Origin: a virus
Lineage: Duplodnaviria > Heunggongvirae > Uroviricota > Caudoviricetes
Reading direction: 5' to 3' (one strand)
DNA: 35,123 bases
IMG/VR virus record: IMGVR_UViG_3300048591_000212
In this document: positions 8,358-17,651 of the stretch, in pieces
Layout of the letters: every line of letters starts with the position of its first letter
Numbering within the stretch: the stretch's first letter is position 1
Notes under the pieces: model-generated
The model's input: only the letters and a program-made list of their open reading frames with translations
What the model was told of the DNA's origin: nothing
Databases searched by the model: none
Program-made: the position numbers and the translations under genes

Positions 8358-9974
8358 ATGTCATTATTTGATTTTTTCGGCTTCGAGATAAAAAGAAAGG
8401 ATAATTCTGAGCAGAATCTTTCGGCTGTTGTTCCACAAACAGATACCGAGGGCGGGCAGATTATTGATAGAAATGCGAGTGCTTTTACTACTCTTTCTTA
8501 TAATCTTGACTTTACGGCAGAAGACTCGGCATCTCTGATAAACAAATATCGAGAACTTTCCATTCAGTCTGATGTTGAATCCGCAATTGACGAAATCATC
8601 AATGAGGCAATCTATATTGGAGAATTTGAATCTCCAATTTCATTAAATCTGGATAACCTGAAATTTTCTGATAATATTAAGGATCTGATTCAGAAAGAAT
8701 TTCAATATATTCTGAATCTTCTGAACTTCAATGAAAATGCCTATGAAATCTTCAAGAGATGGTATGTCGATGGCAGGCTCTATTTCAATATTGTGATCAA
8801 TCTAGACAAGCCCAAGGAAGGAATTCAGGAGCTTCGGTATATTGATCCTCGTAAGCTGAAGAAGATTAAAGAAGTAAAGAACGAGAAGATTGTGGGTAGT
8901 TCCATTATTCCGATTGATTTTAGAGAATATTATCTCTATGATGGTTTTTCAAAGGAGATTCCGGTTGATGCTGTGGCCTCGGCTACTTCTGGTTTGGTTG
9001 ATGATAAAAATTCGGCAATTGTTCTGTCCTACCTTCATGGAGCCATTAAGCCTTATAATCAGCTAAGAATGCTCGAAGATTCAATGGTCATTTATTACCT
9101 GTCGCGGGCCACCGAACGACGAGTCTTTAATGTGGAGGTTGACACGATTCCACAACACAAGGTCGAGCAGTACATGAATGCGATCATTCAGAAATTCAAG
9201 AATAAGATCGCCTATGACTCTCAGACAGGAAATCTTCGGGATGACGTGAAGACTCTTTCAATCATGGAAGACTTTTGGTTTCCAATGAGAGAGGGCAAGG
9301 GAACCACCGTCACTTCTCTGGCTGGTGGACAAAATCTAAATGATCTGTTGGCTTCTTCGGAATTTTTTCAAAGAAAATTCTATCGGTCTCTGAGAGTTCC
9401 AATGGGCCGAATTATTGGTGGAGAGAATTCGACATTTAATACTGGTCGGGCCACTGAAATTGCCCGCGAGGAACAGAAATTCAGCAAATTTATTAAGCGG
9501 CTCAGAATGAGATTTTCTTCTCTATTTACAGACATGCTAAGAGTTCAGTTGGTTCTGAAGAATATTATTTCAGCCGAAGAATGGAATCTCCTTGTTAACA
9601 ATAATTTGTACTATGATTTTAGACAGGACTCTCACTTTGCTGAATATAATGAATCAGAAATTGAGTCTCGTAGAATGGAACTCGCGGCTCAGGCCGAGGG
9701 TCTAAGGGATCATTTCAGTAAGAAGTATATTCAGAAGAATTTTCTTCGGCTGTCAGAAGAAGATATCAAGGAAATCGAAAAGGACAAGCTATTCGAAAAG
9801 AATAAGAAAAAGACACCAATTGAAGATGAAGAGACTATGGGTGATGACGAGTTTGGAGACTTCTCACCAGCACCGAGAACTCAGACATCATTTAACCAGC
9901 CGTCGGTTCCTCCGACTCCAGCTACCTCAGAACCGAAGGAGCCAGAGACGCCAACGCCAACACAGGAGACATAA
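8358..9974 (+). CDS. gp20: Portal protein
   Basis: FKRWYVDGRLYF, ELRYIDPRK, SYLHGAIKPYNQLRMLED, EDFWFP.REG. Confidence 0.95.
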   Translation: MSLFDFFGFEIKRKDNSEQNLSAVVPQTDTEGGQIIDRNASAFTTLSYNLDFTAEDSASLINKYRELSIQSDVESAIDEIINEAIYIGEFESPISLNLDNLKFSDNIKDLIQKEFQYILNLLNFNENAYEIFKRWYVDGRLYFNIVINLDKPKEGIQELRYIDPRKLKKIKEVKNEKIVGSSIIPIDFREYYLYDGFSKEIPVDAVASATSGLVDDKNSAIVLSYLHGAIKPYNQLRMLEDSMVIYYLSRATERRVFNVEVDTIPQHKVEQYMNAIIQKFKNKIAYDSQTGNLRDDVKTLSIMEDFWFPMREGKGTTVTSLAGGQNLNDLLASSEFFQRKFYRSLRVPMGRIIGGENSTFNTGRATEIAREEQKFSKFIKRLRMRFSSLFTDMLRVQLVLKNIISAEEWNLLVNNNLYYDFRQDSHFAEYNESEIESRRMELAAQAEGLRDHFSKKYIQKNFLRLSEEDIKEIEKDKLFEKNKKKTPIEDEETMGDDEFGDFSPAPRTQTSFNQPSVPPTPATSEPKEPETPTPTQET

Positions 9975-9977
9975 AAT

Positions 9978-10136
9978 ATGAAAAACGCAGAAAAAATCAA
10001 GGAACTTATTCGGAATATTAATGAAAAGAAAGGCACAGAAGTAGAACGCCTGTCTCGTCAGTTAATTTCGGAAAAGGTTTTTAATATTATCGAAAAGAAA
10101 AGAGAAGAAATCCGAGTGGGGTTTAACGGAAGATGA
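9978..10136 (+). CDS. Small prohead core protein (gp67-like by position), 52 aa, not in the ORF track
   Basis: MKNAEKIKELIRNINEKK...KKREEIRVGFNGR; AGGAG upstream; directly after the portal gene. Confidence 0.6.
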   Translation: MKNAEKIKELIRNINEKKGTEVERLSRQLISEKVFNIIEKKREEIRVGFNGR

Positions 10137-10549
10137 ATATTCTAAGAACGGCCTTTGTATTTTTGATTTTGGCTACTGTCTCGGCACTTGCCCAAGATCC
10201 AAGTCTTACAGTAAATGTGACTATTCCTGTTGGAACTGCTGTTTCGAGTCCGGTTACTCTAAGGGCCGGGTGTATTCCGGGAGCGATTATTATTCCTTCT
10301 GGCTGGACTGCGGCGAATCTAACTTTTAGGGTTTCGAATGATAATGGCACAACATGGGGAAATCTTCGAGATGAATTTAAGACTGAAATTGTTGTGTCTG
10401 TTCAGGATGCAAGTGATGTCATTCGATTAAATCCGGCAGACTGGTACTGGATGAGAAATCGTAGTCTGATAATTCGTTCTGGTACTTCTACTTCTCCGGT
10501 AAATCAGACGGGAACGGATAAGGTTCTGAAGGTGCTATGCGGCAGATAA
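10133..10549 (+). CDS. Beta-rich protein with an N-terminal signal peptide
   Basis: MNILRTAFVFLILATVSALA-Q signal-like N-terminus; PSGWTAANLTFRVS.DNG.TW motif. Confidence 0.75.
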   Translation: MNILRTAFVFLILATVSALAQDPSLTVNVTIPVGTAVSSPVTLRAGCIPGAIIIPSGWTAANLTFRVSNDNGTTWGNLRDEFKTEIVVSVQDASDVIRLNPADWYWMRNRSLIIRSGTSTSPVNQTGTDKVLKVLCGR

Positions 10550-12399
10550 TTCTTTCTTTAGTATTAACATTTGCATTAGTTTTTACTGGAACGGCTCAGA
10601 ATGTTGATAATATTCCTTTGCATTTTCTGAGCAAGTCCTCGAATACGGCCTTGGTTCGGAATGGTCTGACGGCGGGTTGGGATCTGCGGACGGGGAACCT
10701 GCTGCTGTTCTCGGAGGCGCTGGATAATGCGGCGTGGACAAAAACCCGCACAACGACACCCGCCGCAAACCAAATCATTGAAACAGCGACGACAGGCGCT
10801 CACCAGATTTCGCAGGCCATAACATTCGCCGCTGGCGCTTACTCGTACTCCGTCGATGTCAAGCCAAGCGGGAGAGATTGGGTGAAGGTTTTCGCTTTTG
10901 ACGGCACGGCATTTCCAGTCGCGTGGGTGAATACGGCTACCTGCGCCACTACGACAGTCACTGGGGCGACGGCAACCGCAACGGCAGTCGATGATGGATA
11001 CTGCCGAGTTGTTCTGAATTTTACAGCCAGCGCCGGAAGTGGCTTTGTTTATATGCAATTACTGCTTAACGGCTCCACTGATAGCTACGCTGGCGACATC
11101 ACAAAAGGCGTCCTGGTCCGCCGCGCCCAACTCAACTCCGGCACCACCCCCCTCCCCTACATAGCGACGGGGGATTTGCAGAGCGTGCCCAACCTTGTCC
11201 CCGGCGGCGCGGCGCTGCAACGGGGATCGGCGGCGGGGGTGGACACGAATGATCCCAGTATCGACCCCCTGTTCTGGTGGTTCGACTTGACCGACGATTT
11301 TGTGACTGGCGTTCCAGCGCTGGCCTCGCAGTACACGATTCTTGCGCTTCATGGATGGCCGAATACGCGCCTGCACGCCTACGATTCTGTCGGGAATGGA
11401 TGGCAGGATGGCGCTCCAAATTCGCTGGTGCAGGTGTTCCAGCCGCAATCGGCGGCGAGTGGTGCGGCGGGAACGAAACGATATGCCGCGCTCTCCCGCT
11501 ATTTCCAATACAACCGCGTGTTGAACCCCCGCGACCATCGACAGATGGGGCAATGGCTAAAGCCGTTTCTCTACCAGAAGACGGCCAACGTCATTCAGTA
11601 CGGGCACTACGGCAACAATCAGCCGACGATTCGCATGGACTGGACTGGCGGCGGCGCGGCGACGGTGGATTGGGGGGATGGGAGCGCGACGCAGAATCTC
11701 ACGTCAGGCGTCAACCTGCAAAAAACGGCGGCGTATTCTGGCGGGTTTCATATCGTGCGAGTGACGGTGCCGAGTGAGGCGGTAGTGACTCAATTCTACA
11801 ACAATTCGGCGCAGATGACGGGAAACCTGCCCGACATCTCCGGCCTGACGAATCTGGCGCAGTGGTACTCTTACGGCAACCAGCACACGGGGCCGCTGCC
11901 CGACATCTCCGGCCTGACGAATCTGACGGTGTGGTCCTCCCACACCAACCAGCACACGGGGCCGCTGCCCGACATCTCCGGCCTGACGAATCTGGCGGTG
12001 TGGTCCTCCCGCACCAACCAGCACACGGGGCCGCTGCCCGACATCTCCGGCCTGACGAATCTGGCGCAGTGGTACTCTTACGGCAACCAGCACACGGGGC
12101 CACTGCCAAATTTCTCAGCACTGAATAACCTCACAATCGTCGAAATACACAGCAACCAGCACGCAGGATTCTCCGGAACAATCGGCAGCCGCAAGCTCAC
12201 GCGATTCTGGGCATACAACAACTTACTTTCCAGTGCCAACGTAAACGCCATTCTCGCCGCCCTTGTGGTGGCTCAGGCTGGAGGCAATCCCGTTTGCGAT
12301 GTCAATTTGGGGGGCACCGGGAACGGCGCACCCACTGGGCAGGGACTCACGGACAAGGCCACGCTACAGGCGGCGGGCTGGACGGTGGCGACGAATTGA
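10537..12399 (+). CDS. Signal-peptide protein with a fibre/spike-like N-terminal domain and C-terminal leucine-rich repeats
   Basis: Signal-like N-terminus; NLLLFSEALDNAAWTK; VDWGDG; four 23-aa LPDISGLTNL...NQHTGP repeats; clearly GC-rich. Confidence 0.85.
   Translation: MRQIILSLVLTFALVFTGTAQNVDNIPLHFLSKSSNTALVRNGLTAGWDLRTGNLLLFSEALDNAAWTKTRTTTPAANQIIETATTGAHQISQAITFAAGAYSYSVDVKPSGRDWVKVFAFDGTAFPVAWVNTATCATTTVTGATATATAVDDGYCRVVLNFTASAGSGFVYMQLLLNGSTDSYAGDITKGVLVRRAQLNSGTTPLPYIATGDLQSVPNLVPGGAALQRGSAAGVDTNDPSIDPLFWWFDLTDDFVTGVPALASQYTILALHGWPNTRLHAYDSVGNGWQDGAPNSLVQVFQPQSAASGAAGTKRYAALSRYFQYNRVLNPRDHRQMGQWLKPFLYQKTANVIQYGHYGNNQPTIRMDWTGGGAATVDWGDGSATQNLTSGVNLQKTAAYSGGFHIVRVTVPSEAVVTQFYNNSAQMTGNLPDISGLTNLAQWYSYGNQHTGPLPDISGLTNLTVWSSHTNQHTGPLPDISGLTNLAVWSSRTNQHTGPLPDISGLTNLAQWYSYGNQHTGPLPNFSALNNLTIVEIHSNQHAGFSGTIGSRKLTRFWAYNNLLSSANVNAILAALVVAQAGGNPVCDVNLGGTGNGAPTGQGLTDKATLQAAGWTVATN
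11827..12102 (+). repeat. Four tandem 69-bp repeats encoding LRR units
   Basis: Units start at 11827, 11896, 11965 and 12034. Units 1 and 4 are identical except for the last base. Confidence 0.95.
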
Positions 12400-12407
12400 G
12401 GCGAACC

Positions 12408-12791
12408 ATGACCAAATACCTACTCATCCTCCTCCTGACCGCGCCCGCATGGGCGGAGGTCATTATAATCCAATGTGATAATAATTGTGAAAAAATGATA
12501 TCACAAATGAAAAAGACGGAAACAAAACCCGATAGCGGTCTAACTTTTGGAGAACCTGTTTGTGAACCAGAAAATTCCGAAAAGAGAAGATGTGGTTGGT
12601 CACATTCTTTTCAAAAAGAAGATACGACAGAAAAGAAATCTGATATAACTTGGTTATTTCAATCTATCTTACCTCTTGCTATCGAATTAAACTATGTTTC
12701 AAAGGATGATAATGAAGAGATCCAGAAGCAAAAACTTTCTAATTTTTGGAAAGTTTTGGATAAATTGCCCGAAGATTGGAAAAGAGAATAA
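12408..12791 (+). CDS. Cys-containing secreted-type hypothetical protein (likely start 12408)
   Basis: GAGG SD followed by MTKYLLILLLTAPAWAE signal peptide. Confidence 0.7.
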   Translation: MTKYLLILLLTAPAWAEVIIIQCDNNCEKMISQMKKTETKPDSGLTFGEPVCEPENSEKRRCGWSHSFQKEDTTEKKSDITWLFQSILPLAIELNYVSKDDNEEIQKQKLSNFWKVLDKLPEDWKRE

Positions 12792-12792
12792 T

Positions 12793-12800
12793 TATAAATA
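12793..12800 (+). promoter_or_regulatory. Late promoter TATAAATA
   Basis: Exact motif upstream of 12811. Confidence 0.75.
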
Positions 12801-12810
12801 ATATATTAAT

Positions 12811-13101
12811 ATGGAAGAAACTCTAGAAATTATCAACGAACGCCGAGTAAAGGTTGGTACTGGTGTTGTCCGAGTTGACCGAATTAGAAAAGGTAAGACT
12901 CAGAGAAAAAAACTAAAGTCAACTCGTAAGGGCTATAAAATGGTCGGTCGAAGATCCGTAAGACAGAATCCAACCGAGCGAAGAAAACGGAGAATTGGTA
13001 CTCGTCGGGCAACCCGTAAGCGGGCAGCGAAGATGAACCGGATTTTACTGAAGAGAAAGATTTCAATTAAAAGAGGAAAGAGACAAGGACTATACCGATG
13101 A
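12811..13101 (+). CDS. Basic prohead core protein (gp68-like)
   Basis: Extremely R/K-rich 96-aa protein between portal and protease. Confidence 0.6.
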   Translation: MEETLEIINERRVKVGTGVVRVDRIRKGKTQRKKLKSTRKGYKMVGRRSVRQNPTERRKRRIGTRRATRKRAAKMNRILLKRKISIKRGKRQGLYR

Positions 13102-13439
13102 ATATTAAAGAATTTAGAAAGCTATACGAGAAAGTTAAGTTGGATGAGGCAGCAAACGATAGGGTCGTTTGGTTGGTTGCTTCTGATGAAGAAATTGTTG
13201 CATCAGAGCCAACCAATTTTATGAGAATTACTGAAGAAATTTTCGAAAGATCAATGAAGAATGCTGATCTAATGTCGCCCGATATGGAATTAGAAAAGAC
13301 TCCAGATGCCAAAAAGTTTCTGTATTCGGTGAATACTGGCGATAGTGAAAATGAGGTTGCTTGGATTCTATCCACACCAAATTCTAAAAATTTTTTGGAA
13401 TCTATTGGCTGGAAAACCAAAAAGACGAATTATAGGTAA
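13098..13439 (+). CDS. Putative internal head protein
   Basis: Leader MNIKEFRKLYEKVKLDE-A shared with the next gene. Confidence 0.65.
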   Translation: MNIKEFRKLYEKVKLDEAANDRVVWLVASDEEIVASEPTNFMRITEEIFERSMKNADLMSPDMELEKTPDAKKFLYSVNTGDSENEVAWILSTPNSKNFLESIGWKTKKTNYR

Positions 13440-13445
13440 TCACAC

Positions 13446-13670
13446 GTGAATATTAAAGAATTTAGAAAGCTATACGAGAAAGTCAAGTTGGAAGAGTCCA
13501 ACCCCAAACCCGAAAAAATTATTCAAGAATTAGAAGACTTAAAGGCTTTCGTTGATGAAACATATAGAATGTGGAAAGAAGGCACAAAATTGGTGGAACT
13601 TGATGATGCTTTCGAAGATATTAAAATGGAAATTCAGAATATTATCAATCATAATACAAGCAAAAAATAA
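13446..13670 (+). CDS. Putative internal head protein (GTG start)
   Basis: Leader MNIKEFRKLYEKVKLEE-S. Confidence 0.65.
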   Translation: MNIKEFRKLYEKVKLEESNPKPEKIIQELEDLKAFVDETYRMWKEGTKLVELDDAFEDIKMEIQNIINHNTSKK

Positions 13671-13674
13671 GAAA

Positions 13675-14337
13675 ATGCCACTACTACTAAGACAGCTACT
13701 CACCGAATCAATTGAAGTAAGCAAGGATTCTGCGTCCAAAAATTACTTCATTGAAGGACCATTTATCGTTGCCGAGGCCCAGAATAAAAATGGCCGAAAG
13801 TATCCCAAGGCCGTCGTGGAACAGGAAGTTGAGAGATATCGTAAGGAATGCATCGATGATTCTCGTGCCTATGGTGAACTGATGCACCCGACTGGTTCAG
13901 ATCCTTCAATCAATTTTGACAGAGTTTCTCATCGAATTGTTTCTCTGGAACAACAGGGAGATGTCTGGATTGGAAAGGCAATTGTGGCCGATACCGACAA
14001 GGGGAAAATCGTCAAGGCCCTGATCGATATTGATGGAAAATTGGGAGTGTCTTCTCGCGGTCTTGGAACAATTCAGGAAGAGGGCGGTGTCCAGATTGTC
14101 CAGAATGATTTCAAATTAATCACCGCCGCCGATATTGTCTTTGAGCCATCGGCCCCCGGAGCATGGGTCGAGGCCGTGATGGAAGATGCAAAGGAATGGT
14201 ACTGTGATCTAAATGGTGAGTGGCATTATGTGATGGGCGAATACAAGAAAGAGATCCATGACACTCCAAAGAATCTTTTGGAAGAAAAGTACAAAGAGGT
14301 TTTTGTTAATTTTATCGAAAGGTTATCGAAATCCTAA
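13675..14337 (+). CDS. gp21: Prohead core protease (likely start 13675)
   Basis: IEGPF, NKNGRKYP, YGELMHP, DRVSH, GVSSRGLG, ADIVFEPSAPGA. Confidence 0.95.
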   Translation: MPLLLRQLLTESIEVSKDSASKNYFIEGPFIVAEAQNKNGRKYPKAVVEQEVERYRKECIDDSRAYGELMHPTGSDPSINFDRVSHRIVSLEQQGDVWIGKAIVADTDKGKIVKALIDIDGKLGVSSRGLGTIQEEGGVQIVQNDFKLITAADIVFEPSAPGAWVEAVMEDAKEWYCDLNGEWHYVMGEYKKEIHDTPKNLLEEKYKEVFVNFIERLSKS

Positions 14338-14341
14338 TTAT

Positions 14342-14349
14342 TATAAATA
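14342..14349 (+). promoter_or_regulatory. Late promoter TATAAATA
   Basis: Exact motif upstream of gp22. Confidence 0.8.
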
Positions 14350-14379
14350 CAAAAAGGAAATTACAGGAGATATCTAAAC

Positions 14380-15498
14380 ATGAAAATTTCAACGATTGAA
14401 AAAATCTTTGAAGGTCTGGATCTAAGCCCAGAAACAAAGAAAGCCATTAAAGAGAGTTTTGACTCTGCCGTTGCAGAAAAAGTCAATGCCATGCGCGAAG
14501 AAGAACTGGACTTGGACGAAGCCGAAGGCGACGAGAATTTGGTTCCCGATACCACAGAGGCGATTGGTCAATTTCTGAAGAATCTTCGCACAGATCCAGA
14601 ACTATTGAAAGTTATTCGTCCTTATGACAAGGATAATGAAGAAGTTACTATTACTGACATTCAGACTTCGTTTCGTAGAATGTTGGATAAGTCGAAGAAT
14701 GTCAAGCAGGACGATATTGCCCTTCAGTTCATTTTCACTATTTTTGATCTGATTGCAAACAATCAAACGGTCGCAAATGCCATTGCTCGTGCATTGGGTA
14801 AGCCGGGTTCCGAAGAAGAAATGGTTCCAGTCGAAGGCGATGAGATGGTTGCCGAAGCCGATGTTGACGTTATTGATGTTGAGGAAGAAGAGGACGAAGA
14901 GGAAGTTATTTCTGAGGCAATGGTCAGTGCCGTGGATTCCTACCTTTCCTATATTGCCGAGGAATGGATGACGGAGAACAAGCTGGCTGTCGAGAACGGA
15001 ATCAAGACCGAATTGGTCGAATCCTTCATGGTTGGCCTGAAGAATCTCTACAAGGAACACGCAATTGAGGTTCCCGATTCAGTTGACGTTGTTGAAAAGC
15101 TGAACGAAAAAATCGATATCATGGAAGAAAAACTGAATAAGTCAATCGAAAAGAATGTTCAATTGAGAGAATCCTTGGAAGAGGAGAAGCGTAAAGTTCT
15201 GGTCGAACAGGCTCGAATTGAGTTTGTGCTTGCCACATCTGATCTTCCGAAGTCCAAGATTGAGAAAATTCAGAAACTAGAAGAAAACTTCAAGTTTGAA
15301 ACTCTGGACGAATACAAGGAAAAGTTGGGTCTTCTGATCGAATCTGTGACGGATGAGGCTTCTGCTTCTAAGAAAGAAAAGACAATTCTGAAGGAAGAAG
15401 ACCTGAATACCTCTGGTGATTCGACGATCACCGAGGCCGAAGAAATCGATCCAAGAGTTGCGAAGTACGCCAAATTCATCAAGGGGGAGAGAGAATAA
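14380..15498 (+). CDS. gp22: Prohead scaffolding protein
   Basis: VDSYLSYIAEEWMTENKLAVENGIKTELVESFM; acidic coiled coil. Confidence 0.9.
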   Translation: MKISTIEKIFEGLDLSPETKKAIKESFDSAVAEKVNAMREEELDLDEAEGDENLVPDTTEAIGQFLKNLRTDPELLKVIRPYDKDNEEVTITDIQTSFRRMLDKSKNVKQDDIALQFIFTIFDLIANNQTVANAIARALGKPGSEEEMVPVEGDEMVAEADVDVIDVEEEEDEEEVISEAMVSAVDSYLSYIAEEWMTENKLAVENGIKTELVESFMVGLKNLYKEHAIEVPDSVDVVEKLNEKIDIMEEKLNKSIEKNVQLRESLEEEKRKVLVEQARIEFVLATSDLPKSKIEKIQKLEENFKFETLDEYKEKLGLLIESVTDEASASKKEKTILKEEDLNTSGDSTITEAEEIDPRVAKYAKFIKGERE

Positions 15499-15529
15499 TA
15501 TCTCTTCCTCTTTCAGAAAAACGGATTTT

Positions 15530-15537
15530 TATAAATA
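15530..15537 (+). promoter_or_regulatory. Late promoter TATAAATA
   Basis: Exact motif upstream of gp23. Confidence 0.8.
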
Positions 15538-15577
15538 AAGATACATATTGTAACAACAAAATATATAAGGAGTTAAT

Positions 15578-16849
15578 ATGGAAATCAAAGACCTTTTGAA
15601 GAAATGGCAACCTATTCTGGAAGCGAAAGAACTTCCTGAAATTAAGGACCAGTACCGCAAGGAATGTACTGCCATTCTTCTGGAAAATCAAGACAAGTGT
15701 AATCAGCGTGAAAATCAGGTGCTTGCAGAATCGGCTCCTGCTAACGTCACTGCTAATGTTTCGAAATATGATCCGGTGCTAATTCAGCTAATTCGGCGTA
15801 TGGCTCCAAATCTGATGGCCTATGACGTTTGTGGTGTTCAGCCCATGGATCTTCCGAATGGTATCGTCTTTGCCATGAGAGCAAAGTACGGAACCGGAGC
15901 AACCGGTCCTCTGTCTGCAACTGAGGCTCTGTACAATGAAGCAAATACCGCATGGTCTGGAACTGGTACTCATGGTGCCGATATCATTCCTTCCGGTATT
16001 GGTGGGGCAACTGGCGCATTGGCGTCGTTTGGCGTTGCTGCCGCAACCGCTTCGTTGGAAGGTGCTGCTCTGAATAAGATGGGTGTGACTATTGAGAAAG
16101 TAACCGTTGAGGCAAAAACTCGTGGTCTGTCCGCTGACTTCAGCTTGGAACTGGCGCAGGACATGAAAGCAGTTCACAAGCAGGATGCTGATACAGTAAT
16201 CAGTGACATTCTGAATACTGAATTGCTGTCCGAAATTAACCGTGAAGTTATTCGTACCATTTATAAAATTGCTAAGTTCGGGGCGCAGTCTCGTACAGCA
16301 AATGCTGGTGGTATTGACCTTGATGTGGATACCGATGGACGTTGGTCGGTGGAAAGATTCAAGGGTCTTCACTTCTATGTTGAATCCGAGGCCCATCAGG
16401 TCGCGAAGACGACTCGTAGAGGAAAGGGAAATATTATCATCTGTTCCGCAGATGTGGCTACTGCTCTGGCAATGTCTGGACAGCTAGACTATGCTCCTGC
16501 TCTTTCTACTGATCTGACTGTTGACGACACAGGAAATACATTTGCTGGTATTCTGAATAAGAAATACAAGGTTTATGTTGACCCTTACTTCTCGTCTGGC
16601 GATGCGACTTGGACGGACATTATGGTCGTTGGCTATAAGGGTTCTAATGCCCTTGATGCCGGATTATTCTACTGTCCTTACCAGCCACTAGTGAAGTTGA
16701 ATGCAGTTGACCCAACGAACTTTACTCCAGTGATGGGATTTAAGACTCGTTACGGTATGGTTGCCAACCCTCTCAATGGAGACGGAACAACTCTGGCTGC
16801 AAATAGCAACTTCTACTACCGCCGAGTGCTTATCAGCAACATTCTGTAA
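15578..16849 (+). CDS. gp23: Major capsid protein
   Basis: KWQPIL, LLENQ, CGVQPM, ELAQDMKAVH, EINREVIR, GLFYCPY, GFKTRYG; L-A-E cleavage site. Confidence 0.97.
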   Translation: MEIKDLLKKWQPILEAKELPEIKDQYRKECTAILLENQDKCNQRENQVLAESAPANVTANVSKYDPVLIQLIRRMAPNLMAYDVCGVQPMDLPNGIVFAMRAKYGTGATGPLSATEALYNEANTAWSGTGTHGADIIPSGIGGATGALASFGVAAATASLEGAALNKMGVTIEKVTVEAKTRGLSADFSLELAQDMKAVHKQDADTVISDILNTELLSEINREVIRTIYKIAKFGAQSRTANAGGIDLDVDTDGRWSVERFKGLHFYVESEAHQVAKTTRRGKGNIIICSADVATALAMSGQLDYAPALSTDLTVDDTGNTFAGILNKKYKVYVDPYFSSGDATWTDIMVVGYKGSNALDAGLFYCPYQPLVKLNAVDPTNFTPVMGFKTRYGMVANPLNGDGTTLAANSNFYYRRVLISNIL

Positions 16850-16881
16850 TTCAGGTGTCCGAAGAGACACCATTAAACACC

Positions 16882-16921
16882 GAAGGCCGGGAACTTGAAT
16901 TGTCCCGGCCTTCTCCTTTTT
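16882..16921 (+). terminator. Rho-independent terminator after gp23
   Basis: GAAGGCCGGGA / TCCCGGCCTTC stem followed by a T tract, at the convergence of the two gene blocks. Confidence 0.8.
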
Positions 16922-17282
16922 ATTCACTCGGAAAAAAACGCGGAACAATCCACTTCTGGTATCTATGTGAGTTCAATACTTCACGGCACACACATTTGAT
17001 TAAATCCTTGACAATTCCGTCATATTGGGAAACCGTTGGCCCCCAGTGACGAAGCCGGAATTGTAAATAGCGTAACAAAAATACAATTTCCAAGTCTGTC
17101 ATATCGTCGGCAGAACCATTACAATTCATTCTAATAGATTGACAAATATTCAAAAGACCAAAAGAAAAACACAGATTTTCTGTTTCTTGATCAAAATCTA
17201 ATTGACCACAGAATTCATATCTTTCGTTATCAATTCTGTTGAATATTCCCTTTTTGATCAGATGGTCATGAAGTTTATTCAT
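16920..17282 (-). CDS. Hypothetical protein
   Basis: ORF coupled to the upstream gene; likely start MNKLHD. Confidence 0.6.
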   Translation of the reverse strand: MNKLHDHLIKKGIFNRIDNERYEFCGQLDFDQETENLCFSFGLLNICQSIRMNCNGSADDMTDLEIVFLLRYLQFRLRHWGPTVSQYDGIVKDLIKCVCREVLNSHRYQKWIVPRFFPSE

Positions 17283-17646
17283 AGTATGTCCCCAAACAAA
17301 AATTTGCAAACGAATAAAATGTGCGCGGAAGTAATTTCGGGGAGACTAGATACTCAGCGATTTTCCAAATATGATATTCGAATTCGTGGTCATTACTAAA
17401 TTCTAGTTCGGTCTCCACAATATCAAAAATATAGTGAGCATATTCATGTAGGATCATGGATGCCACCATTGAAATATTTTGTTCGTTATTTCGTTCAGCC
17501 GTCGAATAGATGTGGATTCGTTGAGGGTCGTAGAAATAATAGCCACTTGGATACTTGTCCTTTCGGCGCGAATCCCAACGAATTTTCAGTGGCACAGCAG
17601 CCGAAACAATTTCTTGAATTCTGGAGAATTTTTCAAATTCTGTCAT
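17275..17646 (-). CDS. HExxH zinc metallopeptidase-like protein
   Basis: ILHEYAHY with a downstream E. Confidence 0.6.
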   Translation of the reverse strand: MTEFEKFSRIQEIVSAAVPLKIRWDSRRKDKYPSGYYFYDPQRIHIYSTAERNNEQNISMVASMILHEYAHYIFDIVETELEFSNDHEFEYHIWKIAEYLVSPKLLPRTFYSFANFCLGTYYE

Positions 17647-17651
17647 ATTTT

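Noticed and set aside
11827-12102. CRISPR array or DGR variable repeat
   Set aside because: The repeats are in-frame coding units without unique spacers, the differences are not adenine-specific, and no RT or cas gene is in the window.
6720-16020. Recurring GATG peptide motifs in sheath and capsid
   Set aside because: These are short low-complexity Gly/Ala/Thr loops with no evidence of a shared function.
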